Positions 16,904 to 25,017 of a stretch of DNA of 25,017 nt are shown here, piece by piece. The position numbers and the translations under genes were made by a program. This DNA is from Candidatus Tenderia sp. (GTDB lineage: Bacteria; Pseudomonadota; Gammaproteobacteria; Tenderiales; Tenderiaceae), in assembly GCA_031416075.1 (NCBI GenBank), contig JANOSY010000086.1:1-25017 (forward strand), read 5' to 3'. Each line of letters opens with the position of its first letter. Position 1 is the stretch's first letter. The notes beneath the pieces were generated by a model. The model was not told where the DNA came from. It did no database searches and worked only from the letters and a program-made list of their open reading frames with translations.

Positions 16904-19900
16904 ATGATAAATGCACTAATCCGTTTCGCCCTCGTCCAGCGGCTGATGATTCTGCTGCTGGCATTGGGGTTGAGTGGCGCGGGCATCTGGGCCTTCCAGA
17001 CCCTGCCTATCGACGCCTTTCCCGAGATCTCCTCGCCCCAAGTACGGATGGTGGTCAAAGCGCCGGGCTTATCCCCGAGTGAGGTCGAGAGCCGTGTCAC
17101 CTTCCCCATCGAGGTGGAGATGCAGGGGCTGCCACGGCAGACCATGCTGCGCTCCACCACCAAATATGCCTTGAGCATCATCACCATCGACTTTGAGGAT
17201 GGCACCGACATCTACTGGGCACGCCAGCAGGTCACCGAGCGCCTTAATCAGGTGTGGAGTGAACTGCCCGCCGGGGTTGAAGGTGGCCTCGGCCCGATCA
17301 CCACCCCGCTGGGTGAGGGGTATATGTATGAAATCAAAGGTGAAGGCTACAGCAACCAGGAGCTGCGCCGCATCCAGGACTGGGTGATTCGCCCACGCCT
17401 GCGCGGTGTCGATGGTGTTGCAGACGTCAACTCCCTCGGCGGTGAAGTCAAAGTATACGAAGTTGTCGCCAATCCAGTAGCGCTGGCGGCCCGTGGTCTG
17501 GGCATCGACGAGCTGGAGACGGCGCTGCAAGCCAACAACCGCAATGCGGGCGGCGACCGCATCAACCGCAATAACGAAGTATTGCTGGTACGCACCGTTG
17601 GCCAGCTGCGTGGCATGGAGGAGATCGGCGCTATCACCGTCGCCAGTCGCAACGGCACCCCAGTGCATGTCAGTGATGTCGCCGAGGTGCGTATCAACTC
17701 TCTCACCCGCTACGGCGCGGTGACCGCCGATGGCAAGGGCGAAGTGGTCACCGGTCTGGTACTGATGCGTGAAGGGGCCAACAGCCGTACCACCATTGAG
17801 GGGGCCAAACAGGCGCTGGAAGCGCTCAAACCGGCACTGCCCAAAGGGGTCGAGATTATCCCTTTTTACGACCGCACTGAGCTGGTCAATGACGCCGTCT
17901 GGACGGTTGAAAAGGCGCTGGGCGAGGCGGTTGTTCTAGTGCTGATCGTACTGCTGGTAATGCTCGGCAATCTGCGCAGCGCCCTGACGGTGGCGCTGAT
18001 CCTGCCGCTGTCGGTGCTTTTCACCTTTGTTATGATGCGGCTCTTTGGCATCACCGCCAATCTCATGTCGCTGGGCGGTCTGGCCATCGCCATTGGTATT
18101 CTGGTGGATGCGGCGGTGGTGGTGGTGGAGAACATCCATACCCGTCTCAGCCATGCCCCCAAAGGGGTGAGCCGATTGCATCTGGTCTATCGCGCGGTGG
18201 TCGAAGTGGCGACACCGGTGATCTCCGGCATCCTGATCATCATCGTGGTCTTCCTGCCGATCTTCAGCCTCAGTGGTCTGGAGGGCAAGATGTTCTCGCC
18301 ACTGGCAGTGACCATCAGCTTTGCCTTGATCGGTTCGTTGATCTTGTCACTAACGGTGATCCCGGTACTGGCCAGTCTGCTGATGCGCGGCGGTAGCGAG
18401 GCGGATGGCCGTCTGCTGAGTGTTCTGAAAAAGCTCTACCTGCCGGTGATGCGCTGGGCCTTGCGGCAGCGCAAGATTGCCGTCGGCGGTGCGGTGGTGG
18501 CGCTGGTGCTGGCATTGGCGCTCTTCCCGCTAATCGGCAAGGAGTTCATGCCGATCATGGATGAGGGGACCACCGTGGTCATCATCGAAAAGCTGCCGAG
18601 CATCTCACTGGAGCGTTCGGTCGCCCTGGATGAACCCTACCAGAAGGCGATGATGGAGCTACCGGAGGTAATCGGCGTGGTATCACGCACCGGCGCCGAT
18701 GAGCTGCGCCTGGACCCGATGGACCTGAATCAGACCGACAACTTCCTCATCACCAAACCACGCAGTGAATGGAGCATAAGCCTGGAAGAGTTTCAGGCGC
18801 AATTGCGTGAAAAACTGGATGGTCTGGTGGGCATCGACTACGCCTTTACCCAGCCCATCGACATGCGTGTTTCGGAGATGCTCACCGGTGTGCGCGCCGC
18901 CATGGCCATCAAACTCTATGGCGATGATCTTGCCGTGCTGGAGGAGAAGTCCAAACAGATCGAGGAGCTGGTGAACAAGGTGCCCGGCGCGGTGGATGTC
19001 TTCCGCGAACAGCTCTCTGGCCAGATCTATCTGCAGATCGAGATCAGACCCGAGGCGATCGCCCGTTTTGGTATCAATACCGAGGCGATCAACAGGTTGA
19101 TCGAGGTAGCGGTGGGTGGCCGCGTGGTCACCGAGATCATTGAAGAGAGCCAGCGTGTCGGTGTGCTGTTGCGTTACCCGGAACAGGCACGCACCTCGCC
19201 ACAGGCGATTGCGGCGCTGCTGGTGGAGGCGCCCGGTGGCAACAAGATCAGGCTCGATAGTCTGGCCGACATCCGCGAAGTGGATGGCCCGGTGGTGATA
19301 TCACGTGAGTCAGCCCAGCGCCAGGTGGTGGTGCAGGCCAATGTCGAGGGGCGTGACGTGGTCAGCTTTGTGGATGAGGTACGCGCCACCATCGAACGGG
19401 AAGTGGAGCTGCCGACCGGCTATTACATCACCTACGGCGGCCAGTTTGAAAACCAGCAACGCGCTGCGTCGCGTCTGGCCATGGTGGTGCCGATCGCCAT
19501 TGTGCTGATCTTCCTGATGCTCTTCACCACCTTCCGCTCACTGCGGCAGGCGGGGCTGATCATCCTCAACATCCCCTTTGCCATGATCGGCGGCGTGGTC
19601 AGCCTCTACCTCTCGGGACTCTATCTCTCCGTGCCTGCGTCAGTGGGTTTCATCACCCTCTTTGGCGTGGCGGTACTCAACGGCGTGGTGATGGTGACCT
19701 TCTTCAACCAGCTGCGTGAAACCGGCCGCACGGTATTGCAGGCGGTACAGGAGGGGGCGGAACGGCGGCTACGGCCTGTGTTGATGACAGCACTGATCGC
19801 CAGCCTCGGATTAGTGCCCTTGTTAACGGCCACGGGTCCCGGCTCGGAGTTGCAACGACCCTTGGCGGTGGTGGTGATTGGTGGTCTGGTGACTTCAACC

Positions 19901-19981
19901 CTGCTGACGCTGATCCTGCTGCCGACCCTCTACGCCTGGCTTGAAGGGCGTGGTGACAAAAATAGTGGAGATGCAATATGA
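16904..19981 (+). CDS. czcA: CusA/CzcA-family heavy-metal efflux RND permease
   Basis: 1025 aa; LPIDAFPEIS, ANLMSLGGLAIAIGILVDAAVVVVEN, GLEGKMF.PLA, YGGQFENQQRA, RLRPVLMTA and QRPLAVVVIGG. Confidence 0.93.
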   Translation: MINALIRFALVQRLMILLLALGLSGAGIWAFQTLPIDAFPEISSPQVRMVVKAPGLSPSEVESRVTFPIEVEMQGLPRQTMLRSTTKYALSIITIDFEDGTDIYWARQQVTERLNQVWSELPAGVEGGLGPITTPLGEGYMYEIKGEGYSNQELRRIQDWVIRPRLRGVDGVADVNSLGGEVKVYEVVANPVALAARGLGIDELETALQANNRNAGGDRINRNNEVLLVRTVGQLRGMEEIGAITVASRNGTPVHVSDVAEVRINSLTRYGAVTADGKGEVVTGLVLMREGANSRTTIEGAKQALEALKPALPKGVEIIPFYDRTELVNDAVWTVEKALGEAVVLVLIVLLVMLGNLRSALTVALILPLSVLFTFVMMRLFGITANLMSLGGLAIAIGILVDAAVVVVENIHTRLSHAPKGVSRLHLVYRAVVEVATPVISGILIIIVVFLPIFSLSGLEGKMFSPLAVTISFALIGSLILSLTVIPVLASLLMRGGSEADGRLLSVLKKLYLPVMRWALRQRKIAVGGAVVALVLALALFPLIGKEFMPIMDEGTTVVIIEKLPSISLERSVALDEPYQKAMMELPEVIGVVSRTGADELRLDPMDLNQTDNFLITKPRSEWSISLEEFQAQLREKLDGLVGIDYAFTQPIDMRVSEMLTGVRAAMAIKLYGDDLAVLEEKSKQIEELVNKVPGAVDVFREQLSGQIYLQIEIRPEAIARFGINTEAINRLIEVAVGGRVVTEIIEESQRVGVLLRYPEQARTSPQAIAALLVEAPGGNKIRLDSLADIREVDGPVVISRESAQRQVVVQANVEGRDVVSFVDEVRATIEREVELPTGYYITYGGQFENQQRAASRLAMVVPIAIVLIFLMLFTTFRSLRQAGLIILNIPFAMIGGVVSLYLSGLYLSVPASVGFITLFGVAVLNGVVMVTFFNQLRETGRTVLQAVQEGAERRLRPVLMTALIASLGLVPLLTATGPGSELQRPLAVVVIGGLVTSTLLTLILLPTLYAWLEGRGDKNSGDAI

Positions 19982-20283
19982 AGAGTCTTAACATCGTAAT
20001 ACATACTAGCGCTCAACAGCCATTGGCAGATAAGCTGCGTACACTCGAGCAGATACAGGGGTTCACCTTCACCCACGTAGAGGGGCACTCTGAGCAGAGC
20101 GACAACGACCCCTTCCTCTCGGCACAGGATAAAGTGGTCGGTTATTCACCCCGAGTATCCGTAGCAATTGTGCTGGCCGATGCCGATGTCGGCACTGTAC
20201 TGGCCACACTGTTGGCTGATGAAAATCTTCGTGGTCAAGGCATCTACTGGGTCACCCCGGTGGAGCAGATGGGCCGTTTATAA
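19978..20283 (+). CDS. DUF3240 family PII-like protein
   Basis: About 100 aa; GFTF..VEGH, LS..DKVVG and YWVTPV...G. ATGA overlap with the RND gene, a typical context for this family. Confidence 0.8.
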   Translation: MKSLNIVIHTSAQQPLADKLRTLEQIQGFTFTHVEGHSEQSDNDPFLSAQDKVVGYSPRVSVAIVLADADVGTVLATLLADENLRGQGIYWVTPVEQMGRL

Positions 20284-20313
20284 ATGACTATTAAAGACAA
20301 GGAACTGAGAACC

Positions 20314-20763
20314 ATGACTCTCAATATTAGAAAGGCGCTGACAACCAGCGCACTGGTCGCCACACTGCTGATAACAGGGTGCGCCTCCAGCCCCACTACA
20401 TGGCACGACAACGGCGTAAACCTTGAAGGTGTCGAATCGAGCACCGCACGTATCAACCGCCTCTACCTGCAATCCGATAACGGGGCCATGTTACTGCGTG
20501 GCGAAGTCACCCGCCGCATCCACGCCCATGGCCAGATCCCTGGCCATTTACATGTCGAAATAGTCTCGCCTCAGGGGGTTGTGATCAAAGAGGCCGATAT
20601 CGGTTACAGCCGTCAGAACAGCAATGCTCACGACGGAAGTTTTGAACTCTCAATACCCGAAACCCTGGCCAGTGGCAGTACCATCCGGGTCACCCACCAC
20701 GACACTGCCTCCCATTTGCCAGAAGCGGGTGAAAACCCCTGGCGCGATCCTGACAACCACTAA
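20314..20763 (+). CDS. Hypothetical His-rich lipoprotein
   Basis: Lipobox LITG-C; HAHGQIPGHLH and THHD motifs. AAGGAA RBS supports ATG 20314. Confidence 0.8.
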   Translation: MTLNIRKALTTSALVATLLITGCASSPTTWHDNGVNLEGVESSTARINRLYLQSDNGAMLLRGEVTRRIHAHGQIPGHLHVEIVSPQGVVIKEADIGYSRQNSNAHDGSFELSIPETLASGSTIRVTHHDTASHLPEAGENPWRDPDNH

Positions 20764-20782
20764 TTCAACGGAGTGAATGTGA

Positions 20783-21586
20783 ATGTTAACCCTACCTAAA
20801 TCAATATTTTTAATGGTCAGCATCGCCATGCTGTGGCTTTTGCCACAGTACGGCTATGCCCACGGCATGTCAGAGGCAGATAAACTGGCCATCGCTGAAG
20901 GTGGCAATCTCCGCTACCTCTGGCTTGGCGCAACACACATGCTCTCAGGGTATGACCACCTGCTGTTTATATTTGGCATCATCTTTTTTCTGCAAAGTTT
21001 CAAAGACATCGTCAAATATATTACCGCCTTCACCCTTGGCCACAGCGTCACACTCATCTTTGCCACCTTCAACGGCATTCAACTCAACTACTTTTTAATT
21101 GATGCCATCATTGGGCTCAGCGTCGCCTATATCGCCTTCTCCAACATTGATGGCTTCCGTAAATACCTGAACATCGCCCCGCCCAACCTGTTGGTCATGA
21201 TCGTACTGCTGGGGTTAATCCACGGTTTTGGGCTATCAACCCGGCTGCAGGAGCTACCGCTCAGTGCAGACGATCTGCTCATGAACATCATATCGTTCAA
21301 CCTCGGCATCGAACTCGGACAGATACTGGCCCTGACCGCCATGCTCCTGCTGCTATCCGGCTGGCGCAAGGCCGCCACATTCAAGCCGTTCAGCCTCGCC
21401 TCAAACTACCTGCTGATCGCCGCTGGCCTGCTACTCTTTTTAATGCAGATGCACGGCTACTCACACATCAGCAATCCCGATGAGTTTGGCTTTAGCTCAG
21501 ACAACCATTACCATGACCATATTGAGATGAGACTTGACGCTGCAGCACAAGCCGCCTCAACCACCACACACGACACCATTGACTAA
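20783..21586 (+). CDS. HupE/UreJ-family membrane protein (putative Ni/Co permease)
   Basis: Signal peptide ending YA-HG; HMLSGYDHLLF, TAFTLGHSVTL, GLIHGFG and FNLGIELGQ; His-rich tail. Confidence 0.88.
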   Translation: MLTLPKSIFLMVSIAMLWLLPQYGYAHGMSEADKLAIAEGGNLRYLWLGATHMLSGYDHLLFIFGIIFFLQSFKDIVKYITAFTLGHSVTLIFATFNGIQLNYFLIDAIIGLSVAYIAFSNIDGFRKYLNIAPPNLLVMIVLLGLIHGFGLSTRLQELPLSADDLLMNIISFNLGIELGQILALTAMLLLLSGWRKAATFKPFSLASNYLLIAAGLLLFLMQMHGYSHISNPDEFGFSSDNHYHDHIEMRLDAAAQAASTTTHDTID

Positions 21587-21603
21587 CCAAAAGGAAACAA
21601 GAC

Positions 21604-21957
21604 ATGCGTATCTACACACTCACCGCCACAGCCATCCTCTACCTCTTCTCACTGGGTGCTATCGCCGGTCCCGGCCATGATCACGACCACGCAGCACACC
21701 CCCATCCTGACGTCACACAAGCACAGGCTGAAGTCGCCGCTATAAAAAATCTCACCCGACTCGCCGACAAAGGCAAGATCGACAAAAGCTGGGTCACCAT
21801 CAAACCCACAAAAATAGAGAAAAAAGAGTTAAACGGTAAAAGTGAATGGGTCGCTGTATTCAACAACGGCACCATTACCGACCCCACAAAACAGACACTC
21901 TATATCTTCCTGAGCAGCGGCGGAGAGTACATAGCCGCCAACCACAGCGGAAAATAA
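21604..21957 (+). CDS. DUF6488-like periplasmic His-rich protein
   Basis: Signal peptide followed by GPGHDHDHAAHPH; KIDKSW, EWVAVF.N and TLYIFL...GEYIAAN. AAGGAA RBS. Confidence 0.75.
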   Translation: MRIYTLTATAILYLFSLGAIAGPGHDHDHAAHPHPDVTQAQAEVAAIKNLTRLADKGKIDKSWVTIKPTKIEKKELNGKSEWVAVFNNGTITDPTKQTLYIFLSSGGEYIAANHSGK

Positions 21958-21961
21958 CAAC

Positions 21962-21992
21962 ACGGGGATCTCCCGCCAATGGAGTCCCCCGT
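21962..21992 (+). terminator. Imperfect GC-rich hairpin after the metal efflux operon (possible terminator or stabilizer)
   Basis: ACGGGGATCTCC / GGAGTCCCCCGT, starting a few nt after the stop codon. No clear U-tract. Confidence 0.4.
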
Positions 21993-22059
21993 ATATCCAC
22001 CCATCGTTAATCATGTAAACTCTGACCGCTGTTACACCTCTGGACACCCCCCAACTGCC

Positions 22060-23067
22060 ATGTTAATCACCCACGTTACTGCCCACAATCTACGCCGTGA
22101 TAACAATGCCGACGCCCAGCTCTCACTGCGGCAAAAACCACTGGCCATTGATGAACCTGAAGAGAGACTGCTGGACCAGCTGAAAAACTGTTTTCTGGGA
22201 CGGTTAAATCGTGAACACGGCAGTTTTAACATGGAAGGTGAATCAGAAAACTCAATGCTGGCCGCCACATTACGCACCTTTTTAGCCGATGGGCAGGACT
22301 TTACCCAAGCCACTATCGCCATCATGGAGCAGATGCAGCAGCTGGCAAACGAGACCGGGATGGAGATCAACGCCCACTGTCTGTTTTTTGTTGAACAGAG
22401 CGAAGATCACCACCACGTCTTTTACCTTTTCATCGTGCATCAAAACGAATCCCTCGCCATCAGTGATCAACTCGACGTCATGCCCAGCTACACCATCGAT
22501 ACCGGCCCATCGCTGGCCTGTATCAAGGTCGACATCATCGAGTGGCTGATCCATAAACATTACGCCTATCTGACACTCTCCTCCCCCAGAGGCAAACCGG
22601 CGCTCTGTGATGTGCTGGAAAAACTAACGGGGTTTAACCACGGCATCAATAAAAAAGCAGCAACCAAAAATTTCCTGGATGGCGTTGAATCCTTCGCCAA
22701 ACAGCTACCTGATGACAAGGCCCGAGAATATCGTGATCAGGTAGTAGACTACTGCATGACGCAGGATGAAAAAGACGAACCCGTTAACATCGAAGAGCTA
22801 GCCCATACCCTGGGTGATATCGACCGTGATGGTTTTGTGCGTGAACTACGCAGCCACCACCCCGGTGAAAAAGATGAGTTAATGGTAGACCGCAGCAGCC
22901 TGAGACGTTTTGTAAAGTTTGCCGGGCGCGACAAAGATCTCTCCCTCACCTTCTCCACCTACCACCTGCATAGCCGTATTGAATACGACATGGAGAGCGA
23001 CACCCTCACCATAAAAGGGGTGCCCAAGGGGCTAAGAACACAGCTACTGGCCTATCTGGAGCGCTAA
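22060..23067 (+). CDS. yejK: Nucleoid-associated protein, YejK/NdpA family
   Basis: About 335 aa; MLITHVTAH N-terminus, DR.SLRRFVKFAG...LSLTF and YD.ESDTLTIKGVP..LR.QL C-terminus. Start 22060 preferred over 21979. Confidence 0.85.
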   Translation: MLITHVTAHNLRRDNNADAQLSLRQKPLAIDEPEERLLDQLKNCFLGRLNREHGSFNMEGESENSMLAATLRTFLADGQDFTQATIAIMEQMQQLANETGMEINAHCLFFVEQSEDHHHVFYLFIVHQNESLAISDQLDVMPSYTIDTGPSLACIKVDIIEWLIHKHYAYLTLSSPRGKPALCDVLEKLTGFNHGINKKAATKNFLDGVESFAKQLPDDKAREYRDQVVDYCMTQDEKDEPVNIEELAHTLGDIDRDGFVRELRSHHPGEKDELMVDRSSLRRFVKFAGRDKDLSLTFSTYHLHSRIEYDMESDTLTIKGVPKGLRTQLLAYLER

Positions 23068-23144
23068 TGGTTTACACTTTGGTTATAAGCAACCACCCTA
23101 CACCCACGTTACCCAATCACCGCTAACAACAGAGGAGATCACCG

Positions 23145-23543
23145 ATGGCAATTGGTTGGCTGGCAGCACTCAAACTCGTCCCCTGGAGCACCGTGCTTGA
23201 GGCGGCACCACACATCGTCAAAGGGGCCAGGAGTCTCATCGCCAAAACAAAAAAGGCCCCCTCTGCTACTACCACAACGCCCCCGCCCCCTGAAGAGTCA
23301 CTCTCCGACAGCGACAAACTGACAAACCTTAACCGCCGCTTTCATGAAATGCAGGCCAATATCGTCGAACTGAATAACGAACAGAAATCATCGGCAGAAC
23401 TCATCCAGCTACTTGCCGAACAGAACGCTCAAATTGTAAAAGCCATTGATATTTTTAGGAGACGCACCAAGCTGCTAATTGTCATCTGCGGCATATTAAG
23501 TGTAGTAACCGTACTGCTCACACTGCGGATAACAGCCACATAA
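23145..23543 (+). CDS. Hypothetical protein (amphipathic N-terminus, coiled coil, C-terminal TM anchor)
   Basis: Strong GAGGAG RBS; GWLAALKLVPW.xV...AP; LAEQNAQIV heptads; hydrophobic tail. Confidence 0.85.
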   Translation: MAIGWLAALKLVPWSTVLEAAPHIVKGARSLIAKTKKAPSATTTTPPPPEESLSDSDKLTNLNRRFHEMQANIVELNNEQKSSAELIQLLAEQNAQIVKAIDIFRRRTKLLIVICGILSVVTVLLTLRITAT

Positions 23544-23562
23544 CAGTACAGAAGCCACCCTC

Positions 23563-23970
23563 CTACAGACCAAACGCCTGACTGATGGAGTCACGCAATA
23601 CCGCCCGATCCTGAGGGCCATAAAAGGCAATCACCTTCTCTCCACCCCCCATAAAATAGACCGCACTGGCAGAGCCCATATTATGGGCCGATGAAAACTG
23701 TTCCCCCACGGCAGTCCCCACATCGGCCACAAGAAACTCAATCTTCCCCTCATAATCATCACGAATCTGATTAAACTCCTCCATCAAATCCATGCTCGCC
23801 ACATTCTCTTTATCAAAAATCAGCACAATGGCAGGTTTGCCCTGACCAATTAACGACAGATCAGTGCCATATGACGGCGGAAATGCAGCCCACATCATCG
23901 CCACAAAAGCGACAAGAACCAGCAAGGCCCCCATCAAATTATGTTTCAAGGCACCTGATTGATAACGCAT
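23563..23970 (-). CDS. Membrane-anchored thioredoxin-fold-like protein lacking CxxC
   Basis: N-terminal TM helix, then GKPAIVLIF...YEGKIEFLVADV, a thioredoxin-like pattern with no Cys in the predicted protein. AGGGGGG RBS before ATG 23970. Confidence 0.7.
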   Translation of the reverse strand: MRYQSGALKHNLMGALLVLVAFVAMMWAAFPPSYGTDLSLIGQGKPAIVLIFDKENVASMDLMEEFNQIRDDYEGKIEFLVADVGTAVGEQFSSAHNMGSASAVYFMGGGEKVIAFYGPQDRAVLRDSISQAFGL

Positions 23971-24185
23971 AAAAGCCCCCCTGCTATCACCACACTGCTT
24001 CAACATATTCACCTCACCCTCCCATCATGACAACAAAAACAGCACCCCACCTATGGTAAACATATAAAACAATATTCCCAACACCTAAATAGACAAAAAC
24101 CCGCAAAACCCAACACTCACAAACCCAAACAGCACCACCATGCCATATGCTACTTTAACAACCCATTCATGAAAGACTAATCACC

Positions 24186-24656
24186 ATGAACAGCATCGGC
24201 ACCACCCTAGCCATCTGGCAACGACTAACCAGACTCCCCGCAGGACGCTGGCTCTTTTCAAAACTCGTCTGCTTCAAAGCCCCCTACTTCGCCAGCATCC
24301 GCCCAAAGTTCATCACCCTACGCCCTGGTTACAGCGAACTACAGATCAAAAAACGGCGCGCCGTTCTTAACCACATAGGAACAGTACACGCCATCGCCAT
24401 CTGCAATATGGCCGAACTTGCCGCCGGCACAGCCGCCGACGTCACCATCCCCACCACCCACCGCTGGATCCCCACAGGCATGACCGTCGAATATTTAAAA
24501 AAAGCCAACACAGACCTGCGCGCCATTGCAGAACTAGATGACATTCCACCATCTGATGGAAAAATAGAGATTCCCGTCAACGTCAATGTGATGGACACAG
24601 AAAACAACATCGTTCTACACGCCGTAATCACCATGAGAATATCGCCCAAGCAATAG
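24186..24656 (+). CDS. Hotdog-fold thioesterase-like protein (DUF4442/PaaI-like)
   Basis: APYFASIRP, NHIGTVHAIAICNMAELAAG and WIP.GMTVEYLKKA. Confidence 0.88.
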   Translation: MNSIGTTLAIWQRLTRLPAGRWLFSKLVCFKAPYFASIRPKFITLRPGYSELQIKKRRAVLNHIGTVHAIAICNMAELAAGTAADVTIPTTHRWIPTGMTVEYLKKANTDLRAIAELDDIPPSDGKIEIPVNVNVMDTENNIVLHAVITMRISPKQ

Positions 24657-24833
24657 ATGGTTGCATTGCAGTTACGCGACTGACAAACCCCCAACAACCA
24701 GAAATTAAAGCTTTGTCGAATAAAGTCAAAGTCGAAGGTATAAGGCACCATCTCTAACTTGAAAATCTATTAGTAACGGTATTAAGAGAAAAATGGTTTG
24801 ACGGTTATCGGTCAGGGACAGCCATCGGGTTTT

Positions 24834-24864
24834 GTAGCCTGGATGGAACAGAGTGGAATCCGGG
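24834..24864 (+). repeat. GTAG-family REP-like palindrome
   Basis: GTAG tetranucleotide followed by the imperfect palindrome CCTGGAT-N13-ATCCGGG, in an intergenic position. Confidence 0.7.
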
Positions 24865-24880
24865 ACCGCGGATAACCCTA

Positions 24881-25017
24881 GTGTACTGTAACAAATAATA
24901 TACTCATACCAAGGCAGCCTTAGCACGCCCGATTTTCTCTAAAATCGCTTCAGTTGTTTTTGTCCACACAAAGGGTTTTGGATCGGTATTGTGGACCTCA
25001 ATGAATTCCATAATCTT
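24881..25017 (-). mobile_element. Right end of an IS630-family insertion sequence (truncated by the window edge)
   Basis: Transposase C-terminus followed on the minus strand by ...GTTACAGTACAC|TAG. The TA target dinucleotide (24879-24880) lies in a CTAG context, typical of IS630. Confidence 0.85.
24904..25017 (-). CDS. IS630-family transposase, C-terminal 37 aa (partial)
   Basis: Not in the ORF track. Manual translation KIMEFIEVHNTDPKPFVWTKTTEAILEKIGRAKAALV* contains the IS630 motif N..PKPFVWT. Confidence 0.88.
   Translation of the reverse strand, partial: KIMEFIEVHNTDPKPFVWTKTTEAILEKIGRAKAALV

Noticed and set aside
24013-24185. Very G-poor, A/C-rich intergenic tract with AAACCC-like words
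   Set aside because: No regular period or spacer structure. It is consistent with the general C-over-G skew of this strand and is not a CRISPR or tandem repeat.
358-24751. Numerous antisense and alternate-frame ORFs in the track (e.g. 3663-4229, 5783-6256, 17069-17668)
   Set aside because: They shadow well-supported genes and lack RBSs and motifs, as expected in GC-rich coding DNA.
24726-24926. 66-aa minus-strand ORF
   Set aside because: It runs across the IS630 end and the REP-like element and overlaps the transposase tail out of frame, so it is likely spurious.
1-25017. Whole window as a composite transposon bounded by IS elements
   Set aside because: The two ends belong to different families (ISAs1 and IS630), and the cargo includes a chromosomal-type gene (yejK). 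Assembly breaks at repeats are the simpler explanation.
1-25017. tRNA, rRNA, CRISPR arrays or known riboswitches
   Set aside because: None recognisable by eye. A covariance-model scan was not run, so small RNAs cannot be excluded.

Overview
This 25 kb window looks like a proteobacterial chromosomal segment with the right end of a different insertion sequence at each edge: ISAs1 family at 1-139 and IS630 family at 24881-25017. It is therefore probably a contig broken at repeats. In order it contains: (1) an OmpR-family regulator, a secreted LysM-FecR-FN3 protein and a CHASE2-PAS histidine kinase; (2) three small genes, including DUF4332; (3) an atypical pstSCAB-like ABC importer back-to-back with an ArsS (arsenosugar-type radical SAM) operon encoding DedA/TVP38, ArsS, TIGR04283- and TIGR04282-type transferases and DUF192; (4) a heavy-metal RND operon (czcCBA-like, DUF3240, lipoprotein, HupE/UreJ, DUF6488) preceded by a His-rich leader ORF ending in HAPP; (5) a yejK-like gene, two hypothetical genes, a hotdog-fold gene and a REP-like element. 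There are three main leads. The two divergent operons in (3) share an identical ECF-type promoter motif (GTGTAAGGT-N14-CGAC), and the binding protein has a rewired anion pocket, suggesting a dedicated oxyanion/arsenical importer coupled to the ArsS pathway. The metal pump has a candidate ribosome-arrest leader plus anti-Shine-Dalgarno switch. A 51-nt palindromic element is inserted in frame in the pump adaptor gene. All family calls come from motif recognition by eye; no database searches were run.
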